In this document: in pieces, positions 24,101 through 35,830 of the stretch
How positions within the stretch are numbered: position 1 is the first letter of the stretch
Layout of the letters: every line of letters begins with the position of its first letter
From: Macrostomum lignano
Lineage: Eukaryota
Direction of reading: 5' to 3'
NCBI GenBank assembly: GCA_002269645.1
Contig: NIVC01000201.1
Coordinates: 124,001 to 188,000, forward strand
Length of the DNA stretch: 64,000 nucleotides
Notes under the pieces: model-generated
What the model saw: the letters and a program-made list of their open reading frames with translations, nothing else
Told to the model about the DNA's origin: nothing
Database searches by the model: none
Translations under genes and position numbers: made by a program

Positions 24101-27100
24101 AAGAGTGGGGAGGAGGGCAGTTGACAAAGAGTGGGAGGGCAGTTTACAAAGAGTGGGGAGGAGGGCAGTTGACACAGAGTGGGAGGGCAGTTGACACAGA
24201 GTGGGAGGGCAGTTGACACAGAGTGGGATTGCAGTTCACAAAGAGTGGGGAGGAGGGCAGTTGACAAAGAGTGGGAGGGCAGTTTACAAAGAGTGGGGAG
24301 GAGGGCAGTTGACACAGAGTGGGAGGGCAGTTCACAAAGAGTGGGGAGGAGGGCAGTTGACACAGAGTGGGAGGGCAGTTCACAAAGAGTGGGGAGGAGG
24401 GCAGTTGACAAAGAGTGGGAGGGCAGTTGACACAGAGTGGGAGGGCAGTTGACACAGAGTGGGAGGGCAGTTGACACAGAGTGGGAGGGCAGTTGACACA
24501 GAGTGGGAGCAGTTCACAAAGAGTGGGGAGGAGGGCAGTTGACACAGAGTGGGAGGGCAGTTCACAAAGAGTGGGGAGGAGGGCAGTTGACACAGAGTGG
24601 GAGGGCAGTTGACAAAGAGTGGGGAGGAGGGCAGTTCACAAAGAGTGGGGAGGAGGGCAGTTGACAAAGAGTGGGGAGGAGGGCAGTTCACAAAGAGTGG
24701 GGAGGAGGGCAGTTGACACAGAGTGGGAGGGCAGTTCACAAAGAGTGGGGAGGAGGGCAGTTGACACAGAGTGGGAGGGCAGTTGACACAGAGTGGGAGG
24801 GCAGTTGACACAGAGTGGGAGGGCAGTTCACAAAGAGTGGGGAGGAGGGCAGTTGACACAGAGTGGGAGGGCAGTTGACACAGAGTGGGGAGGAGGGCAG
24901 TTGACACAGAGTGGGGAGGAGGGCAGTTGACACAGAGTGGGAGGGCAGTTGACACAGAGTGGGAGGGCAGTTGACACAGAGTGGGAGGGCAGTTCACAAA
25001 GAGTGGGGAGGAGGGCAGTTGACACAGAGTGGGAGGGCAGTTCACAAAGAGTGGGGAGGAGGGCAGTTGACACAGAGTGGGAGGGCAGTTCACAAAGAGT
25101 GGGGAGGAGGGCAGTTGACAAAGAGTGGGAGGGCAGTTGACACAGAGTGGGAGGGCAGTTGACACAGAGTGGGAGGGCAGTTGACACAGAGTGGGAGGGC
25201 AGTTGACACAGAGTGGGAGCAGTTCACAAAGAGTGGGGAGGAGGGCAGTTGACACAGAGTGGGAGGGCAGTTGACAAAGAGTGGGGAGGAGGGCAGTTCA
25301 CAAAGAGTGGGGAGGAGGGCAGTTGACAAAGAGTGGGGAGGAGGGCAGTTCACAAAGAGTGGGGAGGAGGGCAGTTGACAAAGAGTGGGGAGGAGGGCAG
25401 TTCACAAAGAGTGGGGAGGAGGGCAGTTGACACAGAGTGGGAGGGCAGTTCACAAAGAGTGGGGAGGAGGGCAGTTGACACAGAGTGGGAGGGCAGTTGA
25501 CACAGAGTGGGAGGGCAGTTGACACAGAGTGGGAGGGCAGTTCACAAAGAGTGGGGAGGAGGGCAGTTGACACAGAGTGGGAGGGCAGTTGACACAGAGT
25601 GGGGAGGAGGGCAGTTGACACAGAGTGGGGAGGAGGGCAGTTGACACAGAGTGGGAGGGCAGTTGACACAGAGTGGGAGGGCAGTTGACACAGAGTGGGA
25701 GGGCAGTTCACAAAGAGTGGGGAGGAGGGCAGTTGACAAAGAGTGGGAGGGCAGTTTACAAAGAGTGGGGAGGAGGGCAGTTGACACAGAGTGGGGAGGA
25801 GGGCAGTTGACACAGAGTGGGAGGGCAGTTGACACAGAGTGGGGAGGAGGGCAGTTGACACAGAGTGGGAGGGCAGTTGACACAGAGTGGGGAGGAGGGC
25901 AGTTGACACAGAGTGGGAGGGCAGTTCACAAAGAGTGGGGAGGAGGGCAGTTGACACAGAGTGGGAGGGCAGTTGACACAGAGTGGGAGGGCAGTTCACA
26001 AAGAGTGGGGAGGAGGGCAGTTGACACAGAGTGGGAGGGCAGTTGACACAGAGTGGGGAGGAGGGCAGTTGACACAGAGTGGGAGGGCAGTTCACAAAGA
26101 GTGGGGAGGAGGGCAGTTGACACAGAGTGGGAGGGCAGTTGACACAGAGTGGGAGGGCAGTTCACAAAGAGTGGGGAGGAGGGCAGTTGACACAGAGTGG
26201 GAGGGCAGTTGACACAGAGTGGGAGGGCAGTTGACACAGAGTGGGAGGGCAGTTGACACAGAGTGGGAGGGCAGTTCACAAAGAGTGGGGAGGAGGGCAG
26301 TTGACACAGAGTGGGAGGGCAGTTCACAAAGAGTGGGGAGGAGGGCAGTTGACACAGAGTGGGAGGGCAGTTGACACAGAGTGGGAGGGCAGTTGACACA
26401 GAGTGGGAGGGCAGTTGACACAGAGTGGGAGGGCAGTTGACAAAGAGTGGGGAGAGGGCAGTTGACACAGAGTGGGAGGGCAGTTGACACAGAGTGGGAG
26501 GGCAGTTCACAAAGAGTGGGGAGGAGGGCAGTTGACACAGAGTGGGAGGGCAGTTCACAAAGAGTGGGGAGGAGGGAAGTTGACACAGAGTGGGAGGGCA
26601 GTTGACACAGAGTGGGAGGGCAGTTGACACAGAGTGGGAGGGCAGTTGACACAGAGTGGGAGGGCAGTTGACACAGAGTGGGAGGGCAGTTCACAAAGAG
26701 TGGGGAGGAGGGCAGTTGACACAGAGTGGGAGGGCAGTTCACAAAGAGTGGGGAGGAGGGCAGTTGACACAGAGTGGGAGGGCAGTTGACACAGAGTGGG
26801 AGGGCAGTTGACACAGAGTGGGAGGGCAGTTGACACAGAGTGGGAGGGCAGTTGACAAAGAGTGGGAGGAGGGCAGTTGACACAGAGTGGGAGGGCAGTT
26901 GACACAGAGTGGGAGGGCAGTTCACAAAGAGTGGGGAGGAGGGCAGTTGACACAGAGTGGGAGGGCAGTTCACAAAGAGTGGGGAGGAGGGCAGTTGACA
27001 CAGAGTGGGAGGGCAGTTGACACAGAGTGGGAGGGCAGTTGACACAGAGTGGGAGGGCAGTTGACACAGAGTGGGAGGGCAGTTGACACAGAGTGGGAGG

Positions 27101-29790
27101 GCAGTTCACAAAGAGTGGGGAGGAGGGCAGTTGACACAGAGTGGGAGGGCAGTTTACAAAGAGTAAGGAAGATGCAGTTGACACAGAGTGGGAGGGCAGT
27201 TTACAAAGAGTAAGGAAGATGCAGTTGACACAGAGTGGGAGGGCAGTTTACAAAGAGTAAGGAAGATGCAGTTGACACAGAGTGGGAGGGCAGTTTACAA
27301 AGAGTAAGGAAGATGCAGTTGACACAGAGTGGGAGGGCAGTTTACAAAGAGTAAGGAAGATGCAGTTGACACAGAGTGGGAGGGCAGTTGACACAGAGTG
27401 GGAGGGCAGTTCACAAAGAGTGGGGAGGAGGGCAGTTGACACAGAGTGGGAGGGCAGTTGACACAGAGTGGGAGGGCAGTTCACAAAGAGTGGGGAGGAG
27501 GGCAGTTGACACAGAGTGGGAGGGCAGTTCACAAAGAGTGGGGAGGAGGGCAGTTGACACAGAGTGGGAGGGCAGTTGACACAGAGTGGGAGGGCAGTTG
27601 ACACAGAGTGGGAGGGCAGTTGACACAGAGTGGGAGGGCAGTTGACAAAGAGTGGGGAGGAGGGCAGTTGACACAGAGTGGGAGGGCAGTTGACACAGAG
27701 TGGGAGGGCAGTTCACAAAGAGTGGGGAGGAGGGCAGTTGACACAGAGTGGGAGGGCAGTTCACAAAGAGTGGGGAGGAGGGAAGTTGACACAGAGTGGG
27801 AGGGCAGTTGACACAGAGTGGGAGGGCAGTTGACACAGAGTGGGAGGGCAGTTGACACAGAGTGGGAGGGCAGTTGACACAGAGTGGGAGGGCAGTTCAC
27901 AAAGAGTGGGGAGGAGGGCAGTTGACACAGAGTGGGAGGGCAGTTCACAAAGAGTGGGGAGGAGGGCAGTTGACACAGAGTGGGAGGGCAGTTGACACAG
28001 AGTGGGAGGGCAGTTGACACAGAGTGGGAGGGCAGTTGACACAGAGTGGGAGGGCAGTTGACAAAGAGTGGGGAGGAGGGCAGTTGACACAGAGTGGGAG
28101 GGCAGTTGACACAGAGTGGGAGGGCAGTTCACAAAGAGTGGGGAGGAGGGCAGTTGACACAGAGTGGGAGGGCAGTTCACAAAGAGTGGGGAGGAGGGCA
28201 GTTGACACAGAGTGGGAGGGCAGTTGACACAGAGTGGGAGGGCAGTTGACACAGAGTGGGAGGGCAGTTGACACAGAGTGGGAGGGCAGTTGACACAGAG
28301 TGGGAGGGCAGTTCACAAAGAGTGGGGAGGAGGGCAGTTGACACAGAGTGGGAGGGCAGTTTACAAAGAGTAAGGAAGATGCAGTTGACACAGAGTGGGA
28401 GGGCAGTTTACAAAGAGTAAGGAAGATGCAGTTGACACAGAGTGGGAGGGCAGTTTACAAAGAGTAAGGAAGATGCAGTTGACACAGAGTGGGAGGGCAG
28501 TTTACAAAGAGTAAGGAAGATGCAGTTGACACAGAGTGGGAGGGCAGTTTACAAAGAGTAAGGAAGATGCAGTTGACACAGAGTGGGAGGGCAGTTGACA
28601 CAGAGTGGGAGGGCAGTTCACAAAGAGTGGGGAGGAGGGCAGTTGACACAGAGTGGGAGGGCAGTTGACACAGAGTGGGAGGGCAGTTCACAAAGAGTGG
28701 GGAGGAGGGCAGTTGACACAGAGTGGGAGGGCAGTTCACAAAGAGTGGGGAGGAGGGCAGTTGACACAGAGTGGGAGGGCAGTTGACACAGAGTGGGAGG
28801 GCAGTTGACACAGAGTGGGAGGGCAGTTGACACAGAGTGGGAGGGCAGTTGACACAGAGTGGGAGGGCAGTTCACAAAGAGTGGGGAGGAGGGCAGTTGA
28901 CACAGAGTGGGAGGGCAGTTTACAAAGAGTAAGGAAGATGCAGTTGACACAGAGTGGGAGGGCAGTTTACAAAGAGTAAGGAAGATGCAGTTGACACAGA
29001 GTGGGAGGGCAGTTTACAAAGAGTAAGGAAGATGCAGTTGACACAGAGTGGGAGGGCAGTTTACAAAGAGTAAGGAAGATGCAGTTGACACAGAGTGGGA
29101 GGGCAGTTTACAAAGAGTAAGGAAGATGCAGTTGACACAGAGTGGGAGGGCAGTTTACAAAGAGTAAGGAAGATGCAGTTGACACAGAGTGGGAGGGCAG
29201 TTTACAAAGAGTAAGGAAGATGCAGTTGACACAGAGTGGGAGGGCAGTTTACAAAGAGTAAGGAAGATGCAGTTGACACAGAGTGGGAGGGCAGTTTACA
29301 AAGAGTAAGGAAGATGCAGTTGACACAGAGTGGGAGGGCAGTTTACAAAGAGTAAGGAAGATGCAGTTGACACAGAGTGGGAGGGCAGTTTACAAAGAGT
29401 AAGGAAGATGCAGTTGACACAGAGTGGGAGGGCAGTTTACAAAGAGTAAGGAAGATGCAGTTGACACAGAGTGGGAGGGCAGTTTACAAAGAGTAAGGAA
29501 GATGCAGTTGACACAGAGTGGGAGGGCAGTTTACAAAGAGTAAGGAAGATGCAGTTGACACAGAGTGGGAGGGCAGTTTACAAAGAGTAAGGAAGATGCA
29601 GTTGACACAGAGTGGGAGGGCAGTTTACAAAGAGTAAGGAAGATGCAGTTGACACAGAGTGGGAGGGCAGTTTACAAAGAGTAAGGAAGATGCAGTTGAC
29701 ACAGAGTGGGAGGGCAGTTCACAAAGAGTGGGGGGATGCAGTTGACACAGAATCGGAGGAGAGTAATTGACAGAGTAGGGAGGAAGCAAT
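21120..29790. repeat. 8.7-kb G-rich satellite (21-, 22-, 26- and 47-bp unit variants)
   Basis: Units GGGGCCAGTTGACACAGAATA, GGGAGGGCAGTTGACACAGAGT, GGGGAGGAGGGCAGTTCACAAAGAGT, and a 47-bp AAGGAAGATGCAGTT... dimer at 28920-29720. Confidence 0.97.
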
Positions 29791-29807
29791 TGACAGAATC
29801 ATACGTA

Positions 29808-29961
29808 CGCAACCTTGGGAATCACCCGGCCGTTTCTATTGGCAACACACACATGTAACTCGCTATTGGCTGAGAGCAGTCATGTGACTACTATTCCGTC
29901 CAATAGCGACTTACATGTGTGTGTTGCCAATAGAAACGGCCGAGTGAATCCCAAGGTTGCG
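29808..29961. repeat. Inverted repeat / small foldback element with about 60-bp arms
   Basis: cgcaaccttgggaatcacccggccgtttctattggcaacacacacatgtaa...ctattgg is mirrored by ccaatag...ttacatgtgtgtgttgccaatagaaacggccgagtgaatcccaaggttgcg; no convincing TSD. Confidence 0.85.
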
Positions 29962-30989
29962 CCCAAGCATGGACAGAATGGGGAGGGAGCCAGTTGACTC
30001 AATGGGAAAAGGGCAATTGACAGAGTGGGAAGGAGGCAGACATTTAAACCATGGTCTAAAAGCAGTGGTATTTCTAAGAAGGATTCTCAGACAAGACAAG
30101 TTAAAAGAAATAGATTCAAATAAGTTATTCCACTATATAGTAAAATTCAAAGAAAAAACTTTTTGCTATATGCCAATTTATATACCCTTGTTAAAAACAT
30201 TAGTTGAATTTGGTTTATTTTGAATGTCTCTCTAGTTGAACTAGAAAATATATTATTGACCATTTTACAAGAAGCATTTTTTGCCTATAGGTTTTCTTCT
30301 AAAAATGGTTTGTTGGTAGGTAGGTATCTATGTGATCAATTAGAGAAAAAATGTCTCAACCAATTTTCTTCAAACTTGCACTGTTCAATTAGAAATGTTT
30401 CTATGATTTTCCATGATAGTACATGCAGTGTAGCTAAGAATTTGCTCAATGCTAAAGGGATTAAATATAAAAAAACATGCTTTTTGCAAAGGTCAAGCAG
30501 CTCTTTTGACTTAAAATGCATTGTAAGAATGCTAAAGAAAAAACTGACTAGTTAAATCATTATTTTGAAATAGATTGTATCACAATAGGCTTTTTATTTA
30601 TTGTCTATATACTGGCTAAATTTTGACACAGAATTAAATTATGTTACAGTATTAAAAAACACAGTGTGGAAGCATAGCACAATACTTAATTTATATTGCA
30701 TAACTAGGCCTATATTGTTAAACTTTATTAGAGACTAGTACTGACTTGCCTAAAAAATTGATTAAGACATAACTGCTTCATGTGACTTTTATTCTACCTG
30801 ATTTAGTGTAAGTATTGAGTTATAAGTGATACAAATTCATTTACAAATTTGATAAGAGCTAGCCTAGAGGTAAAAAGACTAGGCCTAGATTGCTAATGCA
30901 GCAACCTGGGTTTAAATCTTAGTAGTTTAAAAATAGTATAATTTTTTATTGAAAGCTTTTATTATAGAACTAACTAAAAAGATCTAGAT

Positions 30990-31445
30990 AATTGCACTTG
31001 ATAAGCCAATGATTATTATACTTGATAAACCAAGGATTACTGCACTTGATAAACCAAGCATTATTGCACTTGATAAACCAAGGATTATTGTGCTTGATAA
31101 ACCAAGCATTATTGCACTTGATAAATCAAGGATTACTGCACTTGATAAACCAAGCATTATTGCACTTGATAAATCAAGGATTACTGCACTTGATAAACCA
31201 AGCATTATTGCACTTGATAAACCAAGGATTATTGCGCTTGATAAACCAAGCATTATTGCACTTGATAAACCAAGGATTACTGCACTTGATAAACTAAGGA
31301 TTCACTGCATTTAATAAACCAAGGATTTTTTCACTTTATAAACCAATGATTACTGCACTTGATAAACCAAGGATTACTGAACTTAATAAACCAAGGACCA
31401 CTGCACTTGATAAACCCAGGATTACTATACTTGATAAACTAAAGA
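30990..31445. repeat. 24-bp minisatellite
   Basis: gcacttgataaaccaaggattact units. Confidence 0.93.
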
Positions 31446-33750
31446 TTATTCTACTAGCTTAGAAATAGACTAGGCCTAATTAAGACCTAGAGACATGGAT
31501 TATTTCACAACCTGAAAAGTGATTATTGCATTAGCAGAGAAAATATTTGCATTAGCTACTTGCTATCTAGTGGCTTCTTACTATCTAGAATATGTTTGTC
31601 ATTGCATTTAGGGGTGTGGATACTTATTATTGTATTTAGAGGGGTGCTTTCTATCTGGGAAATGCTTGCTATCTGTAGGATATTTACTATCTAAGTGGAT
31701 GCTTGCTATTATGGAGATGTGTTTTATTTAGGTGAGAATGTCTGTTATGTCTATTAGGCTATCTTTGCAAAAATAAAAACTATATTTTATTGTCTTTCTG
31801 TTACCTATAAAAAAGAATATTTCATAGGCCCTAGGCCTAGCAAACATATTTGTCCATTAGCATTACAAGTTTACTCAGATAAGGTGATTAAAAAACTAAA
31901 GAAAAAATTGGTTCTTAGGAAAATAAGATTTTTTAATTGTTTTCCATGAATAATTTTGCTCTTTGCTTATTAGGCTACATACTCCAAAGGGGCCCGGGGG
32001 GCACTGCATTAGATTGCTAGTAGGCCTAATTTACTAAGATTATGACCTAGGCCTATTTTTATGCTATTTATGCTATTTGTATATTTTAGCTTGAAAATTT
32101 TATATTATAAATGTAGCTTAAAAACTTTAACTTATTTTTAAAAACTTAAAGCTTATAAGTCTAGGCCTAGCCCTAACTAAACCTTTAATTGTAACAAAAC
32201 ATCAAATGTTCAGTGGTGCCACTTTTTTCTAATATATCAAGATAGTACAGGCCTTGCCTAGGTAGCTAATTCAACAAAAGTTGTCTTACTTAAGTTAATA
32301 ATCAGACTATTGTCCTTAAAAAAGGCATAATTTGTCTAGCTATGAAAAGTATAATTAGGCCTAGAAGGATAAGAAAGAATTGCCTCTCTAAATTTTAACT
32401 CAAAATTTTGCAAGATTTCTAAAAAATACCTGTAAGTGATAAATTTGTACGAAATAACTCTTATTTTGTTCAAAAAATAGGCCTTGACCTAAAAAATTGT
32501 ATATTATTCAAAAAACTTTAGGTCATACTGGTCGTCATGCTCATAAGTCATAACATAGGGCAATAGGCGGACTGTCATGGCCATGGAATACTTTTAAATA
32601 TAAATATCATATCAATTGGACGTCACTTTAGACCATACATAGCTATAGGCCTAGGCCTAGGCTAAGGCTATAGCCTATCCACTGATTTCCTTCGTTATAT
32701 TCTATTTACAAGGCCAGGCCCTGCATCTTCCTGACATGTTGGATCAATTTTTCATTTAATTGACGGTTCGACCAGCGAAATTTCTAGTGATTGCATTTAT
32801 TGAATATTTCTTATTGGGATGCAATGATAAGACGACGCGGCGGCCCCGCGGCACGGCGCTCTGTATAAAATCGATTCGTGTTATAAACTCGCCAAATTTG
32901 AAAAATGAACAATAATTTAAACAACCGTAAGTTATTTCTGTTTATCATAACATTTTCGAATAAAGTAGCCCTAGGCATATTTTGCATCTAAGTCAAAATG
33001 CTAGATAGGCCCTATAAAGTGAAAAATTTTCCAGTAAAAAATGCTTAGGCCTGTCTCATTCTTTCGTCCAGCTGGTCCCCCAAATTCACAATAGTGGAGT
33101 CATAGTTGTTTTTTAGTTGATTAATGACTTAATTGGTATCTTATTACAAGTTTGAACATTGTTTCTCCATCTAGATTCATTAGAGGGCTACTTAGGCCTA
33201 TTCTTTTATTGATATCGGCATATATTATATTACTATTAATATATTAGGCCTAGGCCTATGTAAAAATAAAATAGAAATTAAATATCAAACAATGTCCTAA
33301 GACTTACATTGAGCCCTAGGCCTAGTTTTTCATATATTTATTAGGCCTAGGCTAGGCTGGGGCTATCTTTTTTAAGCTTGGTTGTATAATCTGTTTAATT
33401 ATAATTTATAGAGGGTAACTAACTTGTAAAATAGTTTTTTTGAAGTAATCTAAGACTAGGTCTATTGCCTATTATGTATATTTGCATTCATTAGGCCTAC
33501 TGGCCTAGGCCTATTATATAATATTAGAGATTCTCTAGACCATAGTTTGAAAAGGCAATATAGGCCTATGTATGTCATACTAGGATCTCCTAGTATACAT
33601 TAACAAAAGCAAGGTCTATGGTACTTGCCATTTTTCAGTGAATATGATAGTACATGATGGCAAGGCGCATGACCAAGATGGCCACACACCAAGATGGCCA
33701 CAGCTCTGAATGGCTGCTTGGATAGGAATAGGTCTATATATTTCCTCATT

Positions 33751-34342
33751 GGCAGTGCTTATCCCCACGGTACCGTAGGAATAATTTCTGTCTTATTCCA
33801 ACGGTACCGTGGGGATAATTTTCTGCTTATCCGCACGGCACACTGACAAGATAGCTGCCCCATCTTCTACATATGCCGTGGGTTCATAATTTAGTTTAGT
33901 ACTTACGGTTTGAGTGCAGTATAACAACATAACTTTGCTTGGCCATTATTTTTATAGAAGTAAAGATTTAATGGCCTTTTTACGCAAAAAAAACTTTTTT
34001 GTATTTGTGACATATGATTTAGGATGAATTGCTCTAGTAATTGTTTACAATTTAAGAACTTTTAGCAACTAGTCTAATCCCGACATCCCCGAAAAGTCCA
34101 TTGCCGCTGCTTCTGTAGACTTCTTACTAGACATGTAAATTCTCAATTTGTTTGTATAGATTATTTCATTGCTTCAACAATTCACCCGTGCGGATAAGCA
34201 GAAAATTATTCCCACGGCATATGTAGAAGATGGGGCAGCTATCTCGTCAATGTGCCGTGCGGATAAGCAGAAAATTATCCCCACGGTACCGTTGGAATAA
34301 GACAGAAATTATTCCTACGGTACCGTGGGGATAAGCACTGCC
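33751..34342. mobile_element. Non-autonomous MITE (592 bp) nested in the left end of the MULE
   Basis: 132-bp near-perfect TIRs at 33751-33882 and 34211-34342 starting GGCAGTGCTTATCCCCACGGTACC. 9-bp TSD TTCCTCATT at 33742-33750 and 34343-34351. No coding capacity. Confidence 0.92.
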
Positions 34343-34574
34343 TTCCTCATTTCCTATTGGCTGTGATTGGGGTGGGGTATGACGTAGCTTCAAGTCTCGG
34401 AGAAGACAGATTTCGTTAGTGAAATTAGACTAAGTAAAACAAAAAACACTTCCCTTTACAGCAGGTATTACTACCTACTAAAGCTAGTAGCACTACTAGC
34501 ACAAGACATTTGATTTTTGTATCATGGATAATAGTTTCAAACCTATCTCAATATACTAAAACTGACGTGTTTTT

Positions 34575-35830
34575 GTATATGTTAAAAGTTAAAGGTAAAG
34601 GGTAAAGGTATTAGTTATGATAGAAGTAAGCAAAAATTGGAGTGCCCTCTTGTCTCTCATCTTTTCTCTCATCTCTGCACTCTCGTCTCTTATCTTTTCT
34701 CTCTCTCTCTCATCTCTGCCCTCTCCTCTCTCATCTCTTGCCCTCTCCTCTCTTATCTATTCTCTCTCATGTCTGCCCTCTTCTCTCTTTTCTCTCTCAT
34801 CTCTGCCCTCTCCTGTATCATCTTTCTCTCTCTCATCTTTGCCCTCTCCTCTCATCTCTTGCCCTCTCTCTCATCTATTCTCTCTCTCATGTCTGCCCTC
34901 TTCTCTCATCTTTTCTCTCTCATGTCTGCCCTCTCCTCTCATCTTTTCTCTCTCTCATCTCTGCCCTCTCCTCTCTCATCTCTGCCCTCACCTCTCTCCT
35001 CTCCTTTCTCCTCATGTCTATCCTCTCCTCTCTTCTCACCTCTTTGCTATCATCTCCCTTTTCCTCTTCATTCTCTTCTCCCTTCCCTCCTTTCTCCTCT
35101 CCATTAATCTCCCTTCTCCTCTCTCTCCGTTCGTATATAATCTCTCCTCTCATCAACTCTCTTCTCCTTTATTCCTTCGCCTCTCCTTTATCCTATGCTT
35201 GTATTTCTCTTCTCTATTCCTTACCCTCTCTCCTCACCTCTGGCCCGCTCTGTCATCAGGACTCCTCGCTTCGCTTTGGGGGCCAACGAAGCGGACTAGA
35301 AGGGCAATCATGAGCTGGGTTCTCAATCGAGGTAAAAAGTTTGCCAACCCCTGCACTAAAAGCACCTGGCTTAGTCACATTAGATAAAAACAACATGTAT
35401 AGTGGAATGGGATTGAGAACAATGTGAACTAGCCTCTCTACTCTGAACCTCTCTACTCTCAGCCTCTATCCACTCTCAACCTCTATCCCCAGCCCCTCTC
35501 TACTCTCAGCCCCTCTCTACTCTCAGCCCCTCTCTGCTCTCAGCCCCTCTCTGCTCTCAGCCCCTCTCTGCTCTCAGCCCCTCTCTGCTCTCAGCCTCTC
35601 TCTACTCTCAGCCTCTACTTTTATCTTCTCTCTCTTTTCTCTCATCTTCTCTCTTCTCTTCTTTTGTATATGTTAAAAGTTAAAGGTAAAGGGTAAAGGT
35701 ATTAGTTATGATAGAAGTAAGCAAAAATTGGAGTGCCCTCTTGTCTCTCATCTTTTCTCTCATCTCTGCACTCTCGTCTCTTATCTTTTCTCTCTCTCTC
35801 TCATCTCTGCCCTCTCCTCTCTCATCTCCT
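34575..35830. repeat. CT-rich low-complexity DNA with a duplicated segment of about 155 bp (about 34575-34730 and 35665-35825)
   Basis: ttgtatatgttaaaagttaaaggtaaagggtaaagg...ctctcatctctgccctctcctctc occurs twice. Confidence 0.85.

Noticed and set aside
20544-28950. Many long ORFs (up to 733 aa; STALLPTLCQLP.. / GGQLTQSGRAV..)
   Set aside because: These are translations of the stop-poor satellite. Only 20894-20595 is real (TRIP13 exon 1).
21120-29790. CRISPR-like appearance of short repeated units
   Set aside because: There are no unique spacers, the units abut directly, and the context is eukaryotic with no cas genes.
30220-30555. 111-aa plus ORF and 61-aa minus ORF with a BC-box-like ELLDLCKKHV
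   Set aside because: The homologous copy at 40850-41000 has frameshifts and stops in both orientations, and there is no further domain support.
35339-35353. hAT-like terminal sequence as a separate transposon
   Set aside because: No matching opposite terminus or TSD was found.
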